Source of the DNA: Eledone cirrhosa
Taxonomy: Eukaryota
Direction: 5' to 3'
DNA: 64,000 nucleotides
Assembly (NCBI GenBank): GCA_964016885.1
Contig: OZ024743.1
Location: 85,436,001 to 85,500,000 of the forward strand
A program made the translations under genes and the position numbers. This document shows, in pieces, positions 27,901 to 39,920 of the stretch. The notes beneath the pieces are model-generated. The model saw only the letters and a program-made list of their open reading frames with translations, ran no database searches and was not told the DNA's origin. Positions within the stretch are counted from its first letter, which is position 1. Each line of letters begins with the position of its first letter.

Positions 27901-30900
27901 TGTACTGTAGTGTCTATGTTAGTTGTTGTGGTGTTGTATGTACTGTAGTGTCTATGTTGGTAGTTGAGGTGTTGTAAGTACTGTAGTGTCTATGTTGGTA
28001 GTTGTGGTGTTGTATGTACTGTAGTGTCTATGTTAGTAGTTGTGGTGTTGTATGTACTGTAGTGTCTATGTTGGTAGTTGAGGTGTTGTAAGTACTGTAG
28101 TGTCTATGTTGGTAGTTGTGGTGTTGTATGTACTGTAGTGTCTATGTTGGTAGTTGTGGTGTTGTATGTACTGTAGCGTCTATGTTGGTAATTGTGGTGT
28201 TGTATATAATGTAGTGTCTATGTTGGTAGTTGTGGTGTTGTATGTACTGTAGTGTCTATGTTGGTAGTTGTGGTGTTGTATGTACTGTAGTGTCTATGTT
28301 GGTAGTTGTGGTGTTGTATGTACTGTAGTGTCTATGTTGGTAATTGTGGTGTTGTATGTACTGTAGTGTCTATGTTGGTAGTTGTGCTGTTGCATGTACT
28401 GTAGTGTCTATGTTGGTAGTTGTGGTGTTGTATGTACTGTAGTGTCTATGTTGGTAGTTGTGGTGTTTTATGTACTGTAGTGTCTATGTTGGTGGTTGTG
28501 GTGTTGTATGTACTGTAATGTCTATGTTGGTAGTTGTGGTGTTTTATGTACTGTAGTGTCTATGTTGGTCGTTGTGGTGTTGCATGTACTGTAGTGTCTA
28601 TGTTGGTAGTTGTGGTGTTGTACATACTGTAGTGTCTATGTTGGTAGTTGTGGTGTTGTATGTGCTGTAGTGTCTATGTTGGTAGTTGTGGTGTTGTAGT
28701 ACTGTAGTGTCTATGTTGGTGGTTGTTGTGTTGTATGTACTGTAGTGTCTATGTTGTTATTTGTGGTGTCGCATGTACTGTAGTGTCTATGTTGGTAGTC
28801 GTGGTGTCGCATGTACTGTAGTGTCTATGTTGGTAGTTGTGGTGTTGTATGTAGTGTCTATGGTGGTAGTAGTGTTGTCGTATGTAACGTAGTGTCTATG
28901 TTGGTAGTTGTGGTGTTGTATGTACTGTAGTGTCTATGTTGGTAGTTGTGGTGTTGTATGTACTGTAGTGTCTATGTTGGTAGTTGTGGTGCTGTATGTA
29001 CTGTAGTGTCTATGCTGGTAGTTGTGGTGTTGCATGTACTATAGTGTCTATGTTGGTGGTTGTGGTGTTGTATGTACTGTAGTGTCTATGTTGGTTGTTG
29101 TGGTGTTGTATGTACTTGTATGTAGTGTAGTATCAATGTTGGTGGTTGTGGTGTTGTATGTAGTGTAGTATCTATGTTGGTGGTTGTGGTGTTGTATGTA
29201 CTGTAGTGTCTATGCTGGTGGTGTTGTATGTACTGTAGTGTCTATCTTGGTAGTTGTGGTGTTGTATGTACTGTAGTGTCTATGTTGGTAGTTGTGGTGT
29301 TGTATGTACTGTAGTGTCTATGTTGGTGGTTGTGGTGTTGTATGTACTGTAGTGTCTATGTTGGTAGTTGTGGTGTTGTATGTACTGTAGTGTCTATGTT
29401 GGTAGTTGTGGTGTTGTGTGTACTGTAGTGTCTATGTTGGTAGTTGTGGTGTTTTATGTACTGTAGTGTCTATGTTGGTAGTTTTGGTGTTGCATGTACT
29501 GTAGTGTCTATGTTGGTGGTTGTGGTGTTGTATGTACTGTAGTGTCTATGTTGGTAGTTGTGGTGTTGTATGTACTGTAGTGTCTATGTTGGTAGTTGTG
29601 GTGTTGTATGTACTGTAGTCTCTATGTTGGTAGTTGTGGTGCTGTATGTACTGTAGTGTCTATGTTGGTAGTTGTGGTGTTGTATGTACTGTAGTGTCTA
29701 TGTTGTTAGTTGTGGTGTTTAATGTACTGTAGTGTCTATGTTGGTAGTTGTGGTGTTGCATGTACTGTAGTGTCTATGTTGGTAGTTGTGGTGTTGTATG
29801 TACTGTAGTGTCTATGTTGATAGTTGTGGGGTTGTATGTACTGTAGTGTCTATGTTGGTAGTTGCGGTGTTGTATGTACTGTAGTGTCTATGTTGGTAGT
29901 TGTGGTGTTGTATGTACTGTAGCGTCTATGTTGGTAATTGTGGTGTTGTATATAATGTAGTGTCTATGTTGGTAGTTGTGGTGTTGTATGTACTGTAGTG
30001 TCTATGTTGGTAGTTGTGGTGTTGTATGTACTGTAGTGTCTATGTTGGTAGTTGTGGTGTTGTATGTACTGTAGTGTCTATGTTGGTAATTGTGGTGTTG
30101 TATGTACTGTAGTGTCTATGTTGGTAGTTGTGCTGTTGCATGTACTGTAGTGTCTATGTTGGTAGTTGTGGTGTTGTATGTACTGTAGTGTCTATGTTGG
30201 TAGTTGTGGTGTTTTATGTACTGTAGTGTCTATGTTGGTGGTTGTGGTGTTGTATGTACTGTAATGTCTATGTTGGTAGTTGTGGTGTTTTATGTACTGT
30301 AGTGTCTATGTTGGTCGTTGTGGTGTTGCATGTACTGTAGTGTCTATGTTGGTAGTTGTGGTGTTGTACATACTGTAGTGTCTATGTTGGTAGTTGTGGT
30401 GTTGTATGTGCTGTAGTGTCTATGTTGGTAGTTGTGGTGTTGTAGTACTGTAGTGTCTATGTTGGTGGTTGTTGTGTTGTATGTACTGTAGTGTCTATGT
30501 TGTTATTTGTGGTGTCGCATGTACTGTAGTGTCTATGTTGGTAGTCGTGGTGTCGCATGTACTGTAGTGTCTATGTTGGTAGTTGTGGTGTTGTATGTAG
30601 TGTCTATGGTGGTAGTAGTGTTGTCGTATGTAACGTAGTGTCTATGTTGGTAGTTGTGGTGTTGTATGTACTGTAGTGTCTATGTTGGTAGTTGTGGTGT
30701 TGTATGTACTGTAGTGTCTATGTTGGTAGTTGTGGTGCTGTATGTACTGTAGTGTCTATGCTGGTAGTTGTGGTGTTGCATGTACTATAGTGTCTATGTT
30801 GGTGGTTGTGGTGTTGTATGTACTGTAGTGTCTATGTTGGTTGTTGTGGTGTTGTATGTACTTGTATGTAGTGTAGTATCAATGTTGGTGGTTGTGGTGT

Positions 30901-33900
30901 TGTATGTAGTGTAGTATCTATGTTGGTGGTTGTGGTGTTGTATGTACTGTAGTGTCTATGCTGGTGGTGTTGTATGTACTGTAGTGTCTATCTTGGTAGT
31001 TGTGGTGTTGTATGTACTGTAGTGTCTATGTTGGTAGTTGTGGTGTTGTATGTACTGTAGTGTCTATGTTGGTGGTTGTGGTGTTGTATGTACTGTAGTG
31101 TCTATGTTGGTAGTTGTGGTGTTGTATGTACTGTAGTGTCTATGTTGGTAGTTGTGGTGTTGTGTGTACTGTAGTGTCTATGTTGGTAGTTGTGGTGTTT
31201 TATGTACTGTAGTGTCTATGTTGGTAGTTGTGGTGTTGCATGTACTGTAGTGTCTATGTTGGTGGTTGTGGTGTTGTATGTACTGTAGTGTCTATGTTGG
31301 TAGTTGTGGTGTTGTATGTACTGTAGTGTCTATGTTGGTGGTTGTGGTGTTGTATGTAATGTAGTTCCTATGGTGGTAGTCGTGGTGTTGTATGTATTGT
31401 AGTGTCTATGTTGGTAGTTGTGGTGTTGTATGTACTGTAGTGTCTATGTTGGTAGTTGTGGTGTTTTACGTACTGTAGTGTCTATGTTGGTAGTTGTGGT
31501 GTTGTATTTACTGTAGTGTCTATGTTGGTGGTTGTGGTGTTGTATGTAATGTAGTGTCTATGTTGGTGGTTGTGGTGTTGTATTTACTGTAGTGTCTATG
31601 TTGGTGGTTGTGGTGTTGTATGTAATGTAGTGTCTATGTTGGTAGTTGTGGTGTTGTATGTACTGTAGTGTCTATGTTGGTAGTTGTGGTGTTTTATGTA
31701 CTGTAGTGTCTATGTTGGTAGTTGTGGTGTTGTATGTACTGTAGTGTCTATGTTGGTAGTTGTGGTGTTGTATGTAATGTAGTGTCTATGTTGGTGGTTG
31801 TGGTGTTGTATGTACTGTAGTGTCTATGTTGGTAGTTGTGGTGTTTTATGTACTGTAGTGTCTATGTTGGTAGTTGTGGTGTTGTATTTACTGTAGTGTC
31901 TATGTTGGTGGTTGTGGTGTTGTATGTACTGTAGTGTCTATGTTGGTAGTTGCGGTGTTGTATGTACTGTAGTGTCTATGTTAGTGGTTGTGGTGTTGTA
32001 TGTACTGTAGTGTCTATGTTGGTAGTTGTGGTGTTGTATGTACTGTAGCGTCTATGTTGGTAATTGTGATGTTGTATGTACTGTAGTGTCTATGTTGGTA
32101 GTTGTGCTGTTGCATGTACTGTAGTGTCTATGTTGGTGGTTGTGGTGTTGTATGTACTGTAGTGTCTATGTTGGTAGTTGTGGTGTTGTATGTACTGTAG
32201 TGTCTATATTGGTGGTTGTGGTGTTGTATGTACTGTAGTGTCTATGGTAGTAGTTGTGGTGTTGTATGTACTGTAGTGTCTATGTTGGTGGTTGTGGTGT
32301 TGTACATACTGTAGTGTCTATGTTCGTAGTTGTGGTGTTGTACATATGTAGTGTCTATGTTGGTAGTTGTGGTGTTGTATGTACTGTAGTGTCTATGTTG
32401 ATAGTTGTGGGGTTGTATGTACTGTAGTGTCTATGTTGGTAGTTGCGGTGTTGTATGTACTGTAGTGGCTATGTTAGTGGTTGTGGTGTTGTATGTACTG
32501 TAGTGTCTATGTTGGTAGTTGCGGTGTTGTATGTACTGTAGTGTCTATGTTAGTTGTTGTGGTGTTGTATGTACTGTAGTGTCTATGTTGGTAGTTGAGG
32601 TGTTGTAAGTACTGTAGTGTCTATGTTGGTAGTTGTGGTGTTGTATGTACTGTAGTGTCTATGTTAGTAGTTGTGGTGTTGTATGTACTGTAGTGTCTAT
32701 GTTGGTAGTTGAGGTGTTGTAAGTACTGTAGTGTCTATGTTGGTAGTTGTGGTGTTGTATGTACTGTAGTGTCTATGTTGGTAGTTGTGGTGTTGTATGT
32801 ACTGTAGCGTCTATGTTGGTAATTGTGGTGTTGTATATAATGTAGTGTCTATGTTGGTAGTTGTGGTGTTGTATGTACTGTAGTGTCTATGTTGGTAGTT
32901 GTGGTGTTGTATGTACTGTAGTGTCTATGTTGGTAGTTGTGGTGTTGTATGTACTGTAGTGTCTATGTTGGTAATTGTGGTGTTGTATGTACTGTAGTGT
33001 CTATGTTGGTAGTTGTGCTGTTGCATGTACTGTAGTGTCTATGTTGGTAGTTGTGGTGTTGTATGTACTGTAGTGTCTATGTTGGTAGTTGTGGTGTTTT
33101 ATGTACTGTAGTGTCTATGTTGGTGGTTGTGGTGTTGTATGTACTGTAATGTCTATGTTGGTAGTTGTGGTGTTTTATGTACTGTAGTGTCTATGTTGGT
33201 CGTTGTGGTGTTGCATGTACTGTAGTGTCTATGTTGGTAGTTGTGGTGTTGTACATACTGTAGTGTCTATGTTGGTAGTTGTGGTGTTGTATGTGCTGTA
33301 GTGTCTATGTTGGTAGTTGTGGTGTTGTAGTACTGTAGTGTCTATGTTGGTGGTTGTTGTGTTGTATGTACTGTAGTGTCTATGTTGTTATTTGTGGTGT
33401 CGCATGTACTGTAGTGTCTATGTTGGTAGTCGTGGTGTCGCATGTACTGTAGTGTCTATGTTGGTAGTTGTGGTGTTGTATGTAGTGTCTATGGTGGTAG
33501 TAGTGTTGTCGTATGTAACGTAGTGTCTATGTTGGTAGTTGTGGTGTTGTATGTACTGTAGTGTCTATGTTGGTAGTTGTGGTGTTGTATGTACTGTAGT
33601 GTCTATGTTGGTAGTTGTGGTGCTGTATGTACTGTAGTGTCTATGCTGGTAGTTGTGGTGTTGCATGTACTATAGTGTCTATGTTGGTGGTTGTGGTGTT
33701 GTATGTACTGTAGTGTCTATGTTGGTTGTTGTGGTGTTGTATGTACTTGTATGTAGTGTAGTATCAATGTTGGTGGTTGTGGTGTTGTATGTAGTGTAGT
33801 ATCTATGTTGGTGGTTGTGGTGTTGTATGTACTGTAGTGTCTATGCTGGTGGTGTTGTATGTACTGTAGTGTCTATCTTGGTAGTTGTGGTGTTGTATGT

Positions 33901-34400
33901 ACTGTAGTGTCTATGTTGGTAGTTGTGGTGTTGTATGTACTGTAGTGTCTATGTTGGTGGTTGTGGTGTTGTATGTACTGTAGTGTCTATGTTGGTAGTT
34001 GTGGTGTTGTATGTACTGTAGTGTCTATGTTGGTAGTTGTGGTGTTGTGTGTACTGTAGTGTCTATGTTGGTAGTTGTGGTGTTTTATGTACTGTAGTGT
34101 CTATGTTGGTAGTTTTGGTGTTGCATGTACTGTAGTGTCTATGTTGGTGGTTGTGGTGTTGTATGTACTGTAGTGTCTATGTTGGTAGTTGTGGTGTTGT
34201 ATGTACTGTAGTGTCTATGTTGGTAGTTGTGGTGTTGTATGTACTGTAGTCTCTATGTTGGTAGTTGTGGTGCTGTATGTACTGTAGTGTCTATGTTGGT
34301 AGTTGTGGTGTTGTATGTACTGTAGTGTCTATGTTGTTAGTTGTGGTGTTTAATGTACTGTAGTGTCTATGTTGGTAGTTGTGGTGTTGCATGTACTGTA
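12950..34400. repeat. Higher-order repeat domain of the 38-bp satellite (8 copies; 76-mer basic unit with 81-, 65-, 64- and 46-mer variants)
   Basis: Diagnostic variant TACTTGTATGTAGTGTAGTATCAATG occurs at 15361, 18247, 21323, 23791, 26677, 29113, 30859 and 33744. Spacings are 2886, 3076, 2468, 2886, 2436, 1746 and 2885 bp. Boundaries are approximate. Confidence 0.92.
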
Positions 34401-37400
34401 GTGTCTATGTTGGTGGTTGTGGTGTTGTATGTACTGTAGTGTCTATGTTGGTAGTTGTGGTGTTGTAGTACTGTAGTGTCTATGTTGGTGGTTGTGGTGT
34501 TGTATGTACTGTTGTGTCTATGTTGGTAGTTGTGGTGTCGCATGTACTGTAGTGTCTATGTTGGTAGTTGTGGTGTCGCATGTACTGTAGTGTCTATGTT
34601 GGTAGTTGTGGTGCTGTACGTAGTGCCTATGTTCGTAGTTGTGGTGTTGTATGTAGTGTCTATGGTTGTAGTTGTGTTGTCGTATGTAATGTAGTGTCCA
34701 TGTTGGTAGTTGTGGTGTTGTATGTACTGTAGTGTCTATGGTGGTGGATGTGGTGTTGTATGTACTGTAGTGTCTATGTTGGTAGTTGTGGTGTTGTATG
34801 TACTGTACTGTCTATGTTGGTAGTCGTGGTGTTTTATGTACTGTAGTGTCTATATGTTGGTAGTTGTGCTGTTGTATGTACTGTAGTGTCTATGTTGGTA
34901 GTTGTGGTGTTTGTATGTACTGTAGTGTCTATGTTGGTGGATGTGGTGTTGTATGTACTGTAGTGTCTATATTGGTAGTTGTGGTGTTGTATGTACTGTA
35001 GTGTCTATGTTGGTAGTTGTGGTGTTGTATGTACTGTAGTGTCTATGTTGGTAATTGTGGTGTTGTATGTACTGTAGTGTCTATGTTGGTAGTTGTGCTG
35101 TTGTATGTACTGTAGTGTCTATATTGGTAGTTGTGGTGTTGTATGTACTGTAGTGTCTATGTTGGTGGTTGTGGTGTTGTATGTACTGTAGTTTCTATGG
35201 TGATAGTTGTGGTGTTGTATGTACTGTAGCGTCTATGTTGGTAGTTGTGGTGGTGTATGTACTGTAGTGTCTATCGTGGTAGTTGTGGTGTTGTATGTAC
35301 TGTAGCGTCTATGTTGGTAGTTGTGGTGTTGTATGTACTGTAGTGTCTATGTTGGTGGTTGTGGTGTTGTATGTACTGTAGTGTCTATGTTGGTGGTTGT
35401 GGTGTTGTATTTACTGTAGTGTCTATGGTAGTAGTTGTGGTGTTGTATGTACTGTAGTGTCTATGGTAGTAGTTGTGGTGTTGTATGTACTGTAGTGTCT
35501 ATATTGGTAGTTGTGGTGTTGTATGTACTGTAGAGTCTATGGTAGTAGTTGTGGTGTTGTATGTACTGTAGTGTCTATGTTGGTGGTTGTGGTGTTGTAT
35601 GTACTGTAGAGTCTATGGTAGTAGTTGTGGTGTTGTATGTACTGTAGTGTCTATGGTAGTAGTTGTGGTGTTGTATGTACTGTAGTATCTATATTGGTAG
35701 TTGTGGTGTTGTATGTACTGTAGTGTCTATGGTAGTAGTTGTGGTGTTGTATGTACTGTAGTGTCTATGTTGGTGGTTGTTGTGTTGTATGTACTGTAGT
35801 GTCTATGGTAGTAGTTGTGGTGTTGTATGTACTGTAGTGTCTATGTTAGTAGTTGTGGTGTTGTATGTACTGTAGTGTCTATGTTGGTGGTTGTGGTGTT
35901 GTATGTACTGTAGTGTCTATGGTAGTAGTTGTGGTGTTGTATGTACTGTAGTGTCTATGTTAGTAGTTGTGGTGTTGTATGTACTGTAGTGTCTATGTTG
36001 GTGGTTGTGGTGTTATATGTACTGTAGTGTCTATGGTGGTAGTTGTGGTGTTGTATGTACTGTAGTGTCTATGGTGGTAGTTGTGGTGTTGTATGTACTG
36101 TAGTGTCTATGTTGGTAGTAGTGGTGTTGTATGTAGTGTAGTATCTATGTTGGTGGTTGTGGTGTTGTATGTACTATAGTGTCTATGGTGGTAGTTGTGG
36201 TGTTGTATGTACTGTAGTGTCTATGTTGGTAGTTGGGGTGTTGTATGTACTGTAGTGTCTATGTTGGTGGTTGTGGTGTTGTATGTACTGTAGTGTCTAT
36301 GGTGGTAGTTGTGGTGTTGTATGTAATGTAATGTCTATGTTGGTGGTTGTGGTGTTGTATGTACTGTAGTGTCTACGGTAGTAGTTGTGGTGTTGTATGT
36401 ACTGTAGTGTCTATTTTGATGGTTGTGGTGTTGTATGTACTGTAGTGTCTATGGTGGTAGTTGTGGTGTTGTATGTACTGTAGTGTCTATGGTAGTAGTT
36501 GTGGTGTTGTATGTACTGTAGTGTCTATGTTGGTAGTTGTGGTGTTGTATGTACTGTAATGTCTCTGTTGGTGGTTGTTGTGTTGTATGTACTGTAGTGT
36601 CTATGTTGGTAGTTGTGGTGTTGTATGTACTGTAGTGTCTATGTTGGTTTTTGTGGTGTTGTATGTACTGTAGTGTCTATGTTGGTAGTTGTGGTGGTGT
36701 ATGTACTGTAGTGTCTATTTTGGTGATTGTGGTGGTGTATGTACTGTAGTGTCTATTTTGGTGGTTGTGGTGTTGTATGTACTGTAATGTCTATGGTAGT
36801 AGTTGTGGTGTTGTATGTACTGTAGTGTCTATTTTGGTGATTGTGGTGTTGTATGTACTGTAATGTCTCTGTTGGTGGTTGTTGTGTTGTATGTACTGTA
36901 GTGTCTATGTTGGTGGTTGTGGTGTTATATGTACTGTAGTGTCTATGGTGGTAGTTGTGGTGTTGTATGTACTGTAGTGTCTATTTTGGTGATTGTGGTG
37001 TTGTATGTACTGTAATGTCTCTGTTCGTGGTTGTTGTGTTGTATGTACTGTAGTGTCTATGTTGGTGGTTGTGGTGTTGTATGTACTGTAGTGTCTATGG
37101 TAGTAGTTGTGGTGTTGTATGTACTGTAGTGTCTATTTTGGTGATTGTGGTGTTGTATGTACTGTAATGTCTCTGTTGGTGGTTGTTGTGTTGTATGTAC
37201 TGTAGTGTCTATGTTGGTGGTTGTGGTGTTGTATGTACTGTAGTGCCTATGGTGGTAGTCGTGGTGTTGTATGTACTGTAGTGTCTATGTTGGTGGTTGT
37301 GGTGTTGTATGTACTGTAGTGTCTATGCTGGTGGTTGTGGTGTTGTATGTACTGTAGTGTCTATGTTGGTGGTTGTGGTGTTGTATGTACTGTAGTGTCT

Positions 37401-38107
37401 ATGGTGGTAGTTGTGGTGTTGAATGTACTGTAGTGTCTATGTTGGTGGTTGTGGTGTTGTATGTAATGTAGTTCCTATGGTGGTAGTCGTGGTGTTGTAT
37501 GTACTGTAGTGTCTATGTTGGTGGTTGTGGTGTTGTATGTACTGTAGTGTCTATGTTGGTGGTTGTGGTGTTGTATGTACTGTAGTGCCTATGCTGGTAG
37601 TCGTGGTGTTGTATGTACTGTAGTGTCTATGTTGGTGGTTGTGGTGTTGTATGTACTGTAGTGTCTATGTTGGTGGTTGTGGTGTTGTATGTACTGTAGT
37701 GCCTATGGTGGTAGTCGTGGTGTTGTATGTACTGTAGTGTCTATGTTGGTGGTTGTGGTGTTGTATGTACTGTAGTGTCTATGTTGGTGGTTGTGGTGTT
37801 GTATGTACTGTAGTGTCTATGTTGGTGGTTGTGGTGTTGTATGTACTGTAGTGTCTATGTTGGTGGTTGTGGTGTTGTATGTACTGTAGTGTCTATGTTG
37901 GTAGTTGTGGTGTTGTATGTACTGTAGTGTCTATGTTGGTAGTTGTGATGCAGTTCTATGTTATATATATATATATATATGTATTGTAGAGTCTGTGATA
38001 GTTGTTGTGATGCAGTTCTGTTGGTGATTGTAATGTTGTTTTTCAATATCTATTTTAGGTGACTCTACTGTTATTAACTGTATTGTCTATGTTGGTTATT
38101 GTGGTGC

Positions 38108-38385
38108 TACACCACACATCACATCCCATAATATGCCCACACTACACCTCCACACAACACACGCAGACTACCACATACCCAGACAGTCACACTACACAAC
38201 ACATGACCAGTCATACTACACCACCACACAACACAGACTACCACACTACACCGCCACACAGCACATGTCCAGACACTCACACTCCAACATCTCCAGACAA
38301 CACACTCCAACTATTACATTCCCGACCACACTACACCATCACTCTAAACAATGTACCCCAACACAAACATGTACCCAGACACAGC
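38108..38385. repeat. Degenerate C/A-rich low-complexity tract (opposite skew to the satellite)
   Basis: Recurrent CACACTACAC, CAGACTACCAC and CCAGACAC motifs. Confidence 0.7.
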
Positions 38386-38507
38386 AAGGTGTTTGTTGTG
38401 GCTCCCATTGTATTTATTTACATTTATGTAGGCTGGATACAACGAACCCCTATCTAGATACAGTGATGTGCCCTCGGCATATTAGGAACTGTTGTCTCAT
38501 GAATGGC

Positions 38508-38915
38508 GAGGCTGATCCTATTGACACGGCCACATGTGACTGGTCAGCTGTGATGATGCCTACATCCTATCGAGACGGCCAGTTGTGACTGTTTGGTGTT
38601 GAGGCCAATATCTATCGACACGATCAGTTGTGATATGGCTGACATCCTATCGACACGACCAGCTACGATGAGGCTGACATCCTATTGACACCATCATCTG
38701 TGATGTGGCTGACATCCTACCGACACCATCAACGGTGACGTGGCTGACATCCTATCGACACGGCCAACTGTGATGAGGCTGACATCCTTATCGACACGGC
38801 TAAATGTGATGAGGCTGACATCCTATTGACATGACCAGCTGTGATGTGACTGGCATCCTTATCGACACGGCTAAATGTGATGAGGCTGGCATCTTAACAC
38901 GGTCAGCTGTGACTG
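38508..38915. repeat. 35-bp minisatellite, ~11 diverged copies
   Basis: Consensus GATGAGGCTGACATCCTATCGACACGGCCAGCTGT; GACATCC occurs at 38641 and 38676 (period 35). Confidence 0.92.
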
Positions 38916-39421
38916 TCTGGTGATTGTTGTTTTTGTTACATACTCACCACGAAATCGAAACATTTCCAACTCGGATTTAATAAATAGTTATATAGTTAAA
39001 TGGAGATATATTTACGCACAGAACAATTAATCTTACATTTACAAAAATGAATATATCAAATATAATAACTAGTGTCAAGAAACTAGTTATTCGTGGTTTT
39101 GGTCGACAAAAAACGTAATAGAATCCCTAAAATAAATGTGTGTACCTCGAAGGTTTCAAGCAGTGACTTTAAAAGGGGGCCCTAGCTGAAAAGTTAGAAT
39201 CAATTAAGGTAGAAACACATATTTATTCAGTTGACGAATTATATTAGATAGATAAGGTACATATTTATTCCAAACAGAACTGACTTCTACAGGACTAGAA
39301 CTATTTAATTCTTCTTCCTAGTGATTTCAAGCGAATGAAACAGTTCTAGTCATGGAGATAGACAGAGAGATATATGGATAAGGAGGAAGGGTGGGAGAGA
39401 GATATTCTAATGGATAAATAC

Positions 39422-39715
39422 CTTTAAAACTTTAATCCATCTTCCTTGAGAGTTGCAAAACTCGAGGCCAGAGGCAACAACACGAGAAAGAAGAAGTTCT
39501 TCAGAATTACTATTGAGGTCTGGTTTAGTGTATATGTCCACAGAACAGAAAGGACTTTTGTCGTTGTCAACGATTCTTGACCGTACACACCTGTATTCCA
39601 ACTGACTGGGAACGTAACACAGGCTGTCGGGCAAGGGACGGGTTTGTCTGAGACATTGGATGCATGTATTCAAGCAACGGATACGGGCCAACAGGCTGCT
39701 CAAGCCGTCTGCCAT
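39422..39715 (-). CDS. HECTD3: First coding exon of a HECTD3-like E3 ubiquitin ligase (98 codons, phase-0 donor)
   Basis: MADGLSSLLARIRCLNTCIQCLRQTRPLPDSLCYVPSQLEYR...VVASGLEFCNSQGRWIKVLK matches the recalled vertebrate HECTD3 N-terminus (LLGRVRFL..RPLPAALAFVPREVLYK; GEELCNGHGLWVKLTK). Strong start context ACAATGG; donor AAG|GTATTT at 39421. Identified from memory, not by a database search. Confidence 0.85.
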
Positions 39716-39920
39716 TGTGCAAGAGGAGAGACGAACTTTCACACCCAAACACCGAACCACCAGGGCAAACTAGAGTAATTCATACATGATGAAAGCAAAA
39801 TAGATAAATAAAGAACAAAAACGGGGACCTCTAATCATAAATTATCGAAGAGGAGATCTTGCCGATAAAGAGCTAATTAATAAATAAATTTCGTTCAAAT
39901 TCCATATGATTGAGTAATTC

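Larger units (their letters stand above)
1..37950. repeat. 38-bp satellite/minisatellite array, ~1,000 monomers, continuing past the left window edge
   Basis: Consensus GTTGGTAGTTGTGGTGTTGTATGTACTGTAGTGTCTAT repeats head-to-tail with a 38-bp period (e.g. line 10981). G/T-rich on +, C/A-rich on -. A TAG stop recurs on both strands, so it has no long ORFs. Confidence 0.99.

Noticed and set aside
1-37950. CRISPR-like array (repeat length ~38 bp)
   Set aside because: Monomers are directly adjacent with no unique spacers, there are no cas genes, and the context is eukaryotic.
1-37950. Telomeric repeat or recursive-splice-site array
   Set aside because: No TTAGGG tracts. The minus-strand monomer has CTACAGTAC, not YAG|GT with a pyrimidine tract.
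38059-38588. His/Thr-rich ORFs
   Set aside because: Low-complexity CA-rich DNA lacking stops by composition.
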